DNA from: Chrysomallon squamiferum
Taxonomy: Eukaryota; Animalia; Mollusca
NCBI GenBank assembly: GCA_012295275.1
Contig: CM022675.1
Location: forward strand, 5,146,001 to 5,210,000
Direction of reading: 5' to 3'
Length of the DNA stretch: 64,000 nucleotides
The notes beneath the pieces are model-generated. The model ran no database searches. It was given only the letters and a program-made list of their open reading frames with translations, and was not told the origin of the DNA. Positions 19,762 to 39,652 of this stretch are shown here, piece by piece (position 1 is the first letter of the stretch; every line of letters begins with the position of its first letter). Made by a program: the position numbers and the translations under genes.

Positions 19762-20377
19762 CAAAAGTGCTTCGTACCATTTTTTTTTTTTTTTAAAATT
19801 TTGTTTTTTTTTATTATTTATTTTTTTTTATGTTGTTGTTGTTGTAAACACAATGTTAATAGTGTCTAATACAGCTTTCATTGTTTGATTATTTATATTC
19901 TTATTTTTACCTTTTATTTTGTTCTAACATATAACTGAACTTTTCTTAAGTTTTATTTTTACCTTTTATTTCTGTGATTTGTGAAATCTTTTTTACACTA
20001 ACATTTTAAGTATTAACCTGCACTGACAGAAAATGTGTTTTGTTTTCTCAAATCCACCTTTTTTAATTTATTTTTTGATTTTTCTATTGTTGTCTTTTTT
20101 TATTATTTTTATTATTTATTTATGTTTTGTTTGTTTATTATTAATTTTGTTCTTTTTATTATAAAAGGTTACGGAAAGTTTATTCAAAATTCAGAAATCC
20201 AAAATTTCAGTTTGTGACGTGTTACAGTTTTCCAATAGATGTAGCAATCACAAACCTTATTTCATGCAAAAAAATTTATTACAAATATTATATAAAATAC
20301 AACCTGTGGACAATGTGTATATTTTTGCACGTGTATATATGTTTATATGTGTTATATGTATATTTATATATATATAT

Positions 20378-21146
20378 AGTGGTACCTCGATTTACGAGTG
20401 CCTAACTTACGAGTTTTTCGAGTTACGAGCAGTCGCCCGGCCGATTTTTTGCTTTCAGTCTCCCGGGCGATCCAAAATCCGAGTTATGAACGAGTTTCAG
20501 ATACACTGCCGTTAGTTGGCGCAACGAACAACACAGCATCCTCCCAGCATCCCGCTCTGACTCGTTTTCTTCATGTGGTTACCTCGCCGCGGAAGCATGT
20601 CTGTTCTGTTTTGGTCGTGTTTTTGTGTAATTTTCACAAATTTATTTTTTCTGAATATAGATCCTAAGAACGTGAATGCAAAGGACAGTGCTGAGAAGAA
20701 AAAGCGGATGATGTCCATTGAATTAAAGTTTGAATTCACAGAAAAACATGAGCAAGGTGCGCATGTAGTCGACTTGGCTAGGCAGTACGAGCGTAGTACT
20801 TCTATGATATGTACCATACTTAAGCTGAAGGAGTCGATAAAGGCTGTAGCTCCAGTCAAAGGCGTTAAAATAATTTATCTGATCTCCAAGATAAATACAA
20901 TTTACAAAACCAAGTTATTTCTTTAAATTCTCTTTTATTTTGTGCTTATACAATATTTTTCATTTATAAATACATTTTTCTTATTTAAAAACACTTTACA
21001 AAAATTCGGTGTGGTTTTTTGTTGGCTGGAACGGATTAATGGTATTTCAATTAATTTCATTTAGGAAAATTGATTTGATATACGAGCAAACTGAGATACG
21101 AATCGGTTTGCGGAATGAATTAAACTCGTAAGTCAAGGTACCACTG
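20378..21146 (+). mobile_element. Non-autonomous Tigger/pogo-type element (copy b)
   Basis: Same TIRs (TAGTGGTACCTCG...CAAGGTACCACTG|TA), same HTH fragment and same flanks as 3254-4021. Confidence 0.85.
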
Positions 21147-22003
21147 TATATCTATATATAGTAAAATAATAAATGAAAAACATCAAGGTAAAAAATAATA
21201 TATATATCTCTATATTACATTACTTCATATTATATACCTATTCTGTATAATCATCTAAGGATATTTTAATAATTTTTCATATACGTTTTTCCTTTTCTGT
21301 GTCGTACTCGAAGTCTGTTTTATACTAACATTTTTACTGTTGACCTACCTTTATTGTGATGCAGTAATCTTCGCTATTAACCAGATGGTTCATCCGGTGT
21401 ATTAATATATATTTTGACTTTCGAACCACTGATTTATTCTCTGTTTCAAGTGCTATTTGAATAAAAAATCGATAACTGGAAAATCTGAAGTCTTATCTTT
21501 GTGTTTATTGCACCAGTGTTACTTTGTAGTGTGAAGAAAAAGTTTAATCTCAGTTGGAAGTACTTTGGCATAGCGGCCATTTTGTTATATTTCTCTGAAC
21601 GTGTATCACTAACATCGTTCATACACTACTTGTTACGTTCATGAGGTTTTGTCTACGAGTTTTCTTCTTATAAACAAGCTCAACCAAACAAAAATTAAAT
21701 ATGTTACCTTCATCTGTTTGTCGAGAATATAAATTTTGTAACGCTGAAATAGTAGAAAACCTTTATGAAAATTTATATTATGTCTCTTAACTATTTTGCA
21801 GTCGGGCCCCGTTCAAAAATACATCAATGTAAATAGCAAAATTTCTTCTTCTAAAATAACTTTGAGATTGAATCTCAAAGAAACCACAGAACTGAGAGAC
21901 ACGTCATGTTTGTTTTGTTTGCTGTGTTACGTCACTGTCCTTCAAGTCCGTTTTAAAATGGCAACAACAAAAAAAAATAAACATTAAAAATTTGACAGAC
22001 AGC

Positions 22004-22087
<84 letters not shown>

Positions 22088-23609
22088 CACACACACTCAT
22101 ATACACTCACAGAGAAACAAACACAGCCATGTCTTTCTAGATGTATATTATTTTTCATTTCACATTTTAATAAATTCTGAATTATATAGAAATTTCTTAC
22201 GTTATATTCATAGTGTTAGTCTGAATCCTAGTTATATTAAATTCCAGAGTTCGGAAAAATGATTTTGTTTCAGAAACAAATTTGCATTTGTATTTCTAGA
22301 TGAAGTATTTTATACAAGAACAGGTGTTCAGGCATTGCTGAACATTAGAACACAGATTCTAAGATTCTAGAAATGTGCTGTTGAAACTGATTAACACCAA
22401 GAGAAGACAACTGTGAAATAAGTTTATTTTTGTTTTACATTTCTATCACTAAATAAATGGAAAAAGTGAATTTTACATATATATATATATATTACAACTT
22501 CAGTTATAAATCTAATGACAAGTTTAGCATTTCATATCACACTAGTCTACATGCTTTTGAATTGATGTTCACAGCTGTTCCCATAGTTCGGTCTAGTACG
22601 TTAATGCTACGTGAAGAAGTGCGCATCACAAAATAGCGCAGAATTGGCAATCTCCAGATTGTTGCGCAGTCACGTGGTCTAAGAATGCGCAGCGCAATCT
22701 CAAGTTAGCGCAGATCGGCAAATCGCGCTGAACATGTTTACTTGTGTTGTTTTGTTTTCTATAGTCCAGTTCATTCGGCTTTTCTTTGGACTAAACTTAT
22801 TTCCTCTTTTTCCTTTTTTTATCTTTTTTCTAGTGAGTTGTTGCAATATATTACTTGAATGTGACAAAACACGTTGTTATCTCATTAGTACCTGGGAGAC
22901 CTGATATTCGCCAACTTCAAAGTTTCTTGTTTAACAAAAATTGAAACAAGTAATTTTGTAGTATGTAGTATAACTGACATCACTAAATATGAAGAACACA
23001 AGCGACTTTATTTTGTTCTAAACAATCTTCAAATGAAAATCACAGACCAGACAAACAGAATTTTAAAATGAATGAATTTATTTTTATTTACCTGTACGTC
23101 AAAGAATTTTAAAAATACATATACTACTTTACAGGTAGAACGTAGCTAACTGTGAAGATGATCTAAATTAATTACAGCTGTTTGTTTAATTAGTATTAAC
23201 ATTCTCTGTATGACTGAGTGTTATAAAACTGAGATATACTACTTGTGTAATCTCTGTCCCAGGTAATACCCCACCCAGATTTTTATGTTTCAAAATCATT
23301 CTGTAAGAAAACAATTTGATTCCATTATTTATATTTCATAGATCCTCAAACATCGCATTTTAGTTGATAAAATGATATTTTTATAAACAACCAACTATAC
23401 TCCAGTACTAGAAATTCACAAACTTAACATTAATTGTTTTTAAACAAATGTGACACTTCAAAGGGTTTTCTTCATATAAAACACTTGCTATGATTTTAGA
23501 ACCAAAAATATACAAAATTTCTCATGTTTATCAGGTTTGCAAACAACTGAAGTAGACACTGGTTTTTAATCTAATATTGTCTGTTCTCTCTGTAATCTTA
23601 CGTTGTCAT

Positions 23610-24030
23610 CCTGAACATTAGCTGGAATGGATGTTTAAGAAAACAGGCTGGTAATACGTAAATATAGGAAAATAGGCTGAGAATGCGTATTGACAAAAAC
23701 AAGCTGGAAATACGTGTATGTGAAAACAAGCTCTGAAAACGTCTATGTGAAAATAAGCTGGGAATTAGTGTAGTCTCTAAGAAAAAGCTGGAATAAAGTG
23801 TGTATCTAAAAATAAGCTGGGAATAGGTGTGTATCTAAAAATAAGCTGGGAATAGGTGTGTATCTAAAAATAAGCTGGGAATAGGTGTTTATGAGTATCT
23901 GAAAATAAGCGGGAATAGGTGTGTATCTAAAAATAAACTGGGAATAGGTGTTAATGAAAATAGGCTGGAAGTAAGTGTGTCTATGAAACTAAGTTCGGAA
24001 TAGGTGAGAATCAATTGGGAATCGGTGCTG
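23610..24030. repeat. About 29-bp tandem minisatellite upstream of copy 4
   Basis: Units like AAATAAGCTGGGAATAGGTGTGTATCTAA, roughly a dozen degenerate copies; a shorter array sits at about 5310-5450 before copy 2. Confidence 0.75.
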
Positions 24031-24600
24031 TGTGAAAATAAACCGAGTGTGTATTTATATTTTGTATGTTTGTATTTGTGTGTGTGTCTGGAAGTACGTA
24101 AATATGTGTATTTATCTGTATATTCATGTATCCATGTATTTGTGTATGGATAGATCCATGTATATTTATATGTAAGTATGTATTTATATATTTATGTATG
24201 TATGCATGCATGTGTGAATGCATGTATTTATGTATTTGTGTATGTATGCATCATGTGTATATGTATGTGTGTATGTTTGTATATATGTATTCATGTATGT
24301 ATCTATAAAACAGACGGAGTCATATAAATACATGCAAATAGTATTAATAAAGCAACTTATTGTTAAAATAAAACCCATACAACTTATATTAGTAAAACGG
24401 ACGCATCACTTATAATTATACCAACACAAAATTACAAACAGTGTATTCTGTAACCTAAGTACCCAGTGTCGTGACCATTTGTCTTTCCTCGTTCTATTAA
24501 TATCTACTTCCTTGTTGGTTTAAGCAAAAACTCGGTTTTATATCGTCTTGCTTAAGAATTTTCGTAATTAAAAATATAGAGAAGAAAAGAAAAAGAAATA

Positions 24601-30616
<6,016 letters not shown>

Positions 30617-30738
30617 AAAGAATCTCAGAAGTAACTCGATCGATTTTTTGATACAAAATTTGTCGTCTGCTACGAAGAGTTTTTTATAATCCATCTTAAC
30701 AGTGTCTCATACCACTTTTGTTGATGATGATGATGATG

Positions 30739-30792
<54 letters not shown>

Positions 30793-31416
30793 GTTATTAT
30801 TATTACTTAAAAGTGCTTCGTACCATTTTTTTTATTTTTAAATTAATTTTTTGTTATTTATTTTTTGTTTTATCTTGTTGTTGTTGTTTTAAACACAATG
30901 TTAATAGTGTCTAATACACCTTTCATTGTTTGATTATTTATATTATTATTTTACCTTTTATTTTGTCCTAACATATAACTGAACTTTTCTTAAGTATGAT
31001 TTACTTTTTACCTTGTTTCTGTGATTTGTGAAATCTGTTTTTACACTAACATTTTAAGTATTAACCTGCACTGACAGAAAATGTGTCGCTTGAAGGAAGT
31101 GTTTCCTCAAATCCACCTTTTTTTAAATTTTTTTTTTTATTTTTCTATTGCTGTCTTTTATTATTTTTATTATTTATTTATGTTTTGTTTGTTTATTATT
31201 AATTTTTGTTCTTATTATTATAAAAGGTTAAGGAAGCTTTATTCAAAATTCAGAAATCCAAAATTCCAGTTTGTGATGTGTTACAGTTTTCCAATAGATG
31301 AAGCAATCACAAACCTTACTTCATGCACAAATTTATTACAAATATTATATAAAATACCTGAGGACAATCTGTGTATTTGTGCATATGTATGTATGTCTCT
31401 ATGTGTCTATGTGTGT

Positions 31417-31444
<28 letters not shown>

Positions 31445-31448
<4 letters not shown>

Positions 31449-32191
31449 GGTACCTCGATTTACGCGTGCCTAACTTACGAATTTTTCGAGTTACGAGCAG
31501 TCTCCCGGGCGAGCCAAAATTCGAGTTATGAGCGAGTTTCAGATACACTGCCGTTAGTTGTCGCAACGAACAACACAACATCCGCCCAGCATCCCGCTTC
31601 TGACTCGTTTACTTCATGTGGTTACCTCACCGCGGAAGCATGTCTGTTCTGTTTTGGTCGTGTTTTTGTGTAATATTCACAAATTTCTTTTTTCTGACCA
31701 TGGATCCTAAGAACGTGAATGCAAAGGACAGTGCTGAAAAGAAAAAGCGGATGACGTCCATTGAATTAAAGCTTGAATTCACAGAAAAACATGAGCAAGG
31801 TGTGCATGTAGTCGACTTGGCTAGGCAGTACGAGCGTAGTACTTCTACGATATGTACCATACTGAAGCTGAAGGAGTCGATAAAGGCTGTAACTCCAGTC
31901 AAAGGCGTTAAAATAATTTGTCTGATTTCCAAGATAAATACAATTTACAAAACTAAGTTATTTCTTTACATTCTCTTTTATTTTTTTTTTATACAATAAT
32001 TTTCATTTTTAAATACATTTTTTTCTTATCGAAAAACACGTTAGAAAAATTTGGTGTGGTTCTTTGTCGGCTGGAACGGATTCATGGTATTTCAGTTAAT
32101 TTCATTTAGGAAAATTGATTTGATATACGAGCAAACTGAGATACGAACTAGGTTGCGGAATGAATTTAACTCGTAAGTCAAGGTACCGCTG
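31445..32191 (+). mobile_element. Non-autonomous Tigger/pogo-type element (copy c)
   Basis: TA|CAGAGGTACCTCG...CAAGGTACCGCTG|TA, with the same HTH fragment and flanks as copies a and b. Confidence 0.85.
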
Positions 32192-33290
32192 TATGTCTGT
32201 ATATAGTAAAATAAGAAATGAAAAACATGAAGTTAGAAAAGAATATATATATCTTTATATTACATTACTTCATATTATATACCTATTCTATATAATCATC
32301 TAAGGATATTTTAATAATTTTTCATATACGTTTTTCCTTTTCTGTGTCGTACTCGAAGTCTCTTTTATGCTAACATTTTTACTGTTGACCTACCTTTATT
32401 GTGATATAGTAATCTTCGCTACTAATCATATGGTTCATCCGGTGTATTAATATATATTTTGACTTTCGAACCACTGATTTATTCTCTGTTTCAAGTGCTA
32501 TTTGAATAAAAAATGGATAACTGGAAAATCTGAAGTCTTATCTTTGTGTTTATTGCACCAGTGTTACTTTGTAGTGTGAAGAAAAAGTTTTAATTTCAAT
32601 TGAAAGTATTTTGGCATAGCGGTCATTTTGTTATGATTTTGTGAACGTATATCACTAACTTCGTTCATACACTACTTGTTACGTTCTCGAGGTTTTGTCT
32701 ACGAGTTTTCTTCTTATAAACAACCAAACAAAAATTAAATGTCTTAGCTTTATCTGTTTGTCGAGAATAAAAATGTTGTCATGCTGAAATAGTAGAAAAC
32801 CTTTATGAAAATTTATATTATATCTCTTAACAATTTTGCGGTCGGGCCCCGTTCAAAAATACATCAATGTAAATAGCAAAATGTCTTCTTCTAAAATAAC
32901 TATGAGTTTGAATCTCAGAGAAACCACACAACTGAGAGACACGTTATGTTTTTTGTTTTTACTGCCGAACCACGTGTTACGTCACGACCCTTGAAGTCCG
33001 TTTTAAAATGAAACCAGAAAAAAATAAACATTAAAAATGTGACAGACATCACTGCACACACAGACACACACACACACACACACATTCACAAATACACACT
33101 CACACACATACACACACTCATATACACTCACAGAGAAACAAAGACAGCCATGTCTTTCTAGATGTATATTATTTTTCATTTCACATCTTAATAAATTCTG
33201 AATTAAATAGAATTTCTTACGTTATATTCATAGTGTTAGTCTGAATCCTAGTTATATTAAAATCCAGAGTTCGGAAAAATGATTTTGTTT

Positions 33291-33490
33291 NNNNNNNNNN
33301 NNNNNNNNNNNNNNNNNNNNNNNNNNNNNNNNNNNNNNNNNNNNNNNNNNNNNNNNNNNNNNNNNNNNNNNNNNNNNNNNNNNNNNNNNNNNNNNNNNNN
33401 NNNNNNNNNNNNNNNNNNNNNNNNNNNNNNNNNNNNNNNNNNNNNNNNNNNNNNNNNNNNNNNNNNNNNNNNNNNNNNNNNNNNNNNNNN
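33291..33490. other. Assembly gap (200 N)
   Basis: Run of N. Confidence 1.
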
Positions 33491-33569
33491 GAAAATTATT
33501 GGATTGGACTGAAACGAAACATTGAATGGAGGTGGATTGATGGTAAGAAAACTCAGATGTACAGACACG

Positions 33570-34080
33570 GACATAAGTACAAACATACATATATACAAAC
33601 ATATATAAATACAAATATACATATATACAAACATACATAAATACAAATATACATATATACAAACATACATAAATACAAACATACATAAATACAAACATAC
33701 ATAAATACAAACATACATAAATAAAAACATACATAAATACAAACATACATTTGTACAAACATACATAAATACAAACATACATAAATACATACATACATAA
33801 ATACAAACATACATAAATACAAACATACATAAATAGAAACACACATAAATACAAACATACGTATATACAAACATACATAAATACAAACATACATAAATAC
33901 AAACATACATAAATACATAAATACAAACATACATATATACAAACATACATATATACAAACATACACAAATACAAACATACATAAATACAAACATACATAA
34001 ATACAAACACACATAAATACAAACACATAAATACAAATATATATAAATACAAAAATACATAAATACAAACATACACATAT
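33570..34080. repeat. (ACAT/AAAT)n compound microsatellite, intron 6 of copy 5
   Basis: AAATACAAACATACAT-type units; the paralogous tract is at 56655-56980. Confidence 0.9.
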
Positions 34081-34087
34081 ACGTCTT

Positions 34088-34843
34088 TCACGGACATTTA
34101 GTCAGCTCAATTCTATTAGTCGGACACTTTGGTCACAGACATTTAAACGAACGGACTTTTGGACGAATAGACACTAACCGAATGGACAAATGGCCGAGCT
34201 GACAAATATTTTCTATGATGTAAACCTAGAAGGATTTAAACTGTTCTTTAAGATGCATATCTTATATAATGAGGATTTAAATTCTTTATTAAGATACATG
34301 TGTTATGTAATGAGGCTATGTACAACTACAGGTGACCGAGACAGGCGTATTTCAGTGAAGATGCTGAAAGCTAAACTGACTCTGTCTCGGTGATGAAACA
34401 GATAAATTTCTTCCTGAGTTTGTTGTCCACTTTGAAGAGACATGGATGTGTACAGCCTGGAAGAAAAAGAGGACTGCCACTTTAATTCAGCAAGTGTAAC
34501 ACAGCACACAATATTTCAATAGTTTTGAAAATTTTGTTATACTGTAATTTTGTATTACATTACTTCACAATTAACCTATTTTATTGCAAATGATGTGCAT
34601 AAATACCTTTTTATTTTGTTTTAATCATGTAATTATATTATATTTGTCGTATTCGTAGTGATTTATAAATCAGTCATATTTAATATAAAAATAACACCAA
34701 CAATAACAACAACAACAACAACAACAACAACAATAATAATAATAATAAATTAGAAAGAAGAGATAGCTAAAAATGCCAAAATATATGTCCATTCGGCCAA
34801 ATGTCCGTTCTGCTAAAACTTCGTTGGCCGAATGTCCGGCCAC
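34088..34843. mobile_element. Probable non-autonomous DNA transposon with short subterminal repeats
   Basis: Left end CGGACATTT..CGGACAC..CGGAC..AACCGAATGGACA is mirrored by right end TGTCCATTCGGCC..TGTCCG..GGCCGAATGTCCGGCC; the internal part is shared with about 56985-57480. Confidence 0.45.
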
Positions 34844-36284
34844 ATACAAACAAACAAACACACAGAAAAACGTACACACTTAGAGACTCTTAGAAAATCT
34901 GTCTACCTTTCTCTCTTATATTACTGTCTATCTATCTACTAACATCCCTTATTATAAACCTGATTATATAATTATGTATGACGACACTGCCTTTTTAATG
35001 AACATATTTTCATTATTCTTATTTTTTTTTTTTTTGCTTGTTTGTTAAAGGAAGCCTTGTTACAGACCCTCCCAACAGTTTTGGAACAACAACTCATCAA
35101 AGTATTACATGGTCTAAAAACATCAGATACTACATTCCTAAAGAGTCATCGACGAAATGTTCTGCTGTCTGTCAACTTTGTGAGTAGTGTGTGTCTGTGT
35201 GTGTGAGTGTATGTTGTGTGTGTGTAGTGTTTACGTCTGATTAAAAAGTACATAGATATACAGAATCACAAATACATGATTAGATATAAAAATACACGCA
35301 TAAAATCATCCATAACACACTAGACACACAAACAGCCATACATAGCAATATACTGACAGGCCCATACGAATGTAATATCAGTTAATTTCTATAACACAAA
35401 TATTATTATTTTTAAATGAAATTATGTACATATACACATATCCTGATCTCAGATTAAAAATAATTATAATGGTATTTGATAAAAAAAATAAAATGATGTC
35501 GATAATGTTAATAATAATGATAAAGACGATAGAATTCATTATAAAGATTTTCTGTTAAAAACATGTAACTTTTATTAACAGATAAAACAACTACAACATC
35601 AGTTCCAACGACCAAACTACTAACACTTAACACGACGGTAACAACGTTATTTGACAAAGGACAAAAGCAACAGACGAACAAGTCCAAAACCAATGCAGGT
35701 CTTTCATATATTTTATTTATTTTAATATTTTATTTATTTCTTTTGTCTTTTATTTTATTTATTTATTTATAGTTTTAATTTTTATTATAGTTTTAATTTA
35801 TATTGTTATTATAATTTATTTTATTATTTTTTTATTGTTTTGCCATCAGGGCTTTTCGTTTCTAGAAGCTTGTTTCCTTTTCAATGAACGGTCACAAATC
35901 GTCTGTTAACTTAATTTTAAAATACGAGTGTTGAATTGTGGATAAACGATGTTAAAAGTTTTGTAACAAGCTGAGAGGTAGGTAAATAAACAGATGTAAC
36001 AATATTTATAACTTGTTTATTTTTAGCTTTGATCGGCGGCAGTGTTGTTGCTGTTATTGTTGTTATGGTAACATCTATCTTGATTTTCATCTGGATGAAA
36101 CGGTAAGGAAACTAATGTATTTATTTATTTATTTATGTATTTATTTATTTAATTCATTTATTTATCTATTTATTTATTTAATTCATTTATCTATTTTTCT
36201 GTTATTTATTTCTGAAAAGACGTAAACTGTAGAAAACATGGATATCACTGAAATGTGTTAGAGCATCTGAAATGATATGAAACA

Positions 36285-36327
<43 letters not shown>

Positions 36328-37956
36328 TTAAGTATAAGTATTATTTTCAATTTTCATTCTATATTATGTTACAGAACAAAACGTTTTTGTTTCGTAAAAG
36401 AAAAAACATCAGAACAAAAAGTAGATTTTCGGAGAGAGACTGTAACAAGTTACGTAAATTCTGACATGACACTGACAGGAGCAGGTGACCCCTATTACAG
36501 TGAAATAAACGACGGCATTCAACAAGGAACAGTAACTCTGTTTCAAACTGATCAAAGAGTTGTTCCCCTCTAACCAATGACAGTAGACAGAATATTAACG
36601 TGAATGTTAGTAACGATTCGGATTACGAAATTACAGAAGTGATTCAAGAAATTCGTCATCAACATAAACTTGATGCTGATGTTGGAGTTTACGAAACGAC
36701 AGACAAAACAATACCGACAGCAACTACATCGAATGTGTACTACCATCTTCCTTAAACAAAACGTCGACGACTACGACACAACAGAAGCCGTCGTTCCAAA
36801 TTTCTGTGAATCCAGTTTATATAACCACACTGACGTAAATTCATTTCAGTATTCATTAAAAGCAGACGACATCAACTGTGAGAACGTAGATGAAGAACTG
36901 AATTTCTCTCAAAATGATGGAAATGTTTATTTCGTTCTGGAAGATGAAGATGTATCTTCGTGGTGTCAGTTTTGACGCAGATAAGCAACAATCTCGCGTT
37001 GTTCAGAAATAAAGATGTTTTTCTTGTTGTTACTGAGAGAGACTGAACGTAATATATATATAGATATATGATTAAAATATAAACATTGAATTCAATATAT
37101 ATTGTGAGTTTTTGTTTGTTTTTAGTTAGAACATTCTTATCCTTTTAACGCGGTCAGGGTTTTGACACAGAACATGTAAGTGAGTTCTATAAAAATAGAC
37201 TGAAGTGGGCGTGGCCTAATTGTATGACAGTGTTCTGACTGACAGCAGACGTCAATGTTTTGTTCAGTTTGTGAGTGAAATTCATTGTGAAACTTTGGAG
37301 ATACGAGGTTGTTTTATATATGTCTATAAATCGCCTAATGAAAAACAGAACTTTTAGCTATATGGTTATGTTAATTGTTTAAATTTACCCTAAACATGCG
37401 ATTAGGAAGCATTTCTTTGTTTCATAGGTGTAGAAAAAAAACTCGTAAACAAAACCTTCACCATGTGACGTCATGGTTGTTGTTTTTTTATTATTATTAT
37501 TATGCTCATTTGTTATTTAATGAAGGTAACTCATAACAAACACTGAGACGATGTTTATTTCGTTCTGGATGACAAATATGTACGAGAAAATACAGCTTAA
37601 CATTTATAAAATAATGTTCTACATTCACAGAAATAAAAAGAAATTTATAAATGATATCAACAATTTCTCTTCACTCTACTAATTCAACATAAAATACCTA
37701 TTTAAGTTTTAATAGTTGCTAAGTACATCCTGTCATGCCATTCTCCTGTAACAAATTACTTCCATTATGTATCCTCAGAAAATTATATCATTTGAGTGAC
37801 TGTTCAAAACATTTGTATTGAAATGTCTGAACATTTTCATACTGCAATTATACTTTTTACTTGTGATATTATGTTTTGTTAATTTGTATACTGAACTACA
37901 CCTTCAAACATTAGAATTATGTTAATTTATTTTAATTGTTATTATTATTTATTTTA

Positions 37957-37996
<40 letters not shown>

Positions 37997-38140
37997 GTTA
38001 CTCCGAAATTGTAATAATTTGTATGAAAAGAATAAAATTTAGAATGATATAACTTTATCCTTTTTTTTATTAATAAAGAAAAGACATGTTGTAATGGGCG
38101 ACCTGAATAGCTTCGTAGAATACTTTAAACTTTGGCAGCT

Positions 38141-39146
38141 AACATGTACACATTTCTAACATGTACGTATTTCTAACATGTACGTATTTCTAACATGTAC
38201 GTATTTCTAACATGTACGTATTTCTAACATGTACACATTTCTAACATGTACACATTTCTAACATGTACGTATTTCTAACTCGTACATATTTCTAACATGT
38301 ACGTATTTCTAACATGTACGTATTTCTAACATGTACGTATTTCTAACATGTACACATTTCTAACATGTACACATTTCTAACATGTACGTATTTCTAACTC
38401 GTACATATTTCTAACATGTACGTATTTCTAACATGTACACATTTCTAACATGTACGTATTTCTAACTCGTACATATTTCTAACATGTACGTATTTCTAAC
38501 ATGTACACATTTCTAACATGTACATATTTCTAACATGTACACATCTCTAACATGTACGTATCTCTAACATGTACGTATTTCTAACATGTACATATTTCTA
38601 ACATGTACATATTTCTAACATGTACATATTTCTAACACGTACATATTTCTAACATGTACGTATTTCTAACACGTACATATTTCTAACATGTACGTATTTC
38701 TAACATGTACGTATTTCTAACATGTACACATTTCTAACATGTACACATTTCTAACATGTACGTATTTCTAACTCGTACATATTTCTAACATGTACGTATT
38801 TCTAACATGTACACATTTCTAACATGTACGTATTTCTAACTCGTACATATTTCTAACATGTACGTATTTCTAACATGTACACATTTCTAACATGTACGTA
38901 TTTCTAACATGTACACATTTCTAACATGTACGTATTTCTAACATGTACACATTTCTAACATGTACATATTTCTAACATGTATGTATTTCTAACATGTACG
39001 TATTTCTAACATGTACACATTTCTAACATGTACGTATTTCTAACATGTACATATTTCTAACATGTACGTATTTCTAACATGTACGTATTTCTAACATGTA
39101 CATATTTCTAACATGTACGTATTTCTAACATGTACATATTTCTAAT
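38141..39146. repeat. 17-bp minisatellite (AACATGTACGTATTTCT)n, about 59 units
   Basis: Uninterrupted tandem array with variants ..TACGTA../..TACACA../..TACATA.. and occasional AACTCGTACATA units. Confidence 0.95.
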
Positions 39147-39615
39147 TAGATGGTAGAATGTCTGTAGAAAACGGTTCACTGAAATTTACAGTGGAATGGT
39201 TCAAACTAAAAAGCAGTGCAACAACTTGGACAAAGTCTCTGCGACTCGAACCCGAGTGTTTTGATAACACCAGATTAAAAGACTGTCTTGTAAAAATTTA
39301 CAAACAAAACATTTGAAAGGCATTCGATACGAGCGTTTAAAAGTTTGAAAAGTTATAAATGTTTCTCGGATGGAGATATATAATTTGTTTACTGGAAACA
39401 CATCATGTATAAATATTGTAAATACACCCATGTCAAAATGAGGACGTATTTGTGCGTCTCAGTATAGTATGTATGTGTGTGTACATGTACTTGTATATAC
39501 AATTCTTTTTCTGTATCTATGTATGTATATATATATATAGGCTTAATATTAACATAAATTCTGTTATCCAGCCTGTCATCTCCTACCTACAACAATGGGA
39601 GCCTGTTTCTTTGTG

Positions 39616-39652
<37 letters not shown>

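Larger units (their letters stand above)
33491..36975 (+). pseudogene. Receptor copy 5 (subfamily B), 3' part after the gap; frameshifted tail
   Basis: Exon 6 remnant 33491-33542 (ENYWIGLKRNIEWRWIDG), 35051-35179, 35582-35698 (short stalk), 36027-36102 (TM LIGGSVVAVIVVMVTSILIFIWMKR) and 36375-36975. Versus copies 6 and 7, a -1 indel gives a stop at 36573, and a later +1 indel restores the frame to NVYFVLE. Confidence 0.7.

Noticed and set aside
22615-22735. GCGCA-rich patch upstream of copy 4
   Set aside because: It resembles a fragment of a dispersed repeat; no boundaries or function can be supported.
38141-39146. CRISPR-like array
   Set aside because: Contiguous units without unique spacers, no cas genes, eukaryotic context.
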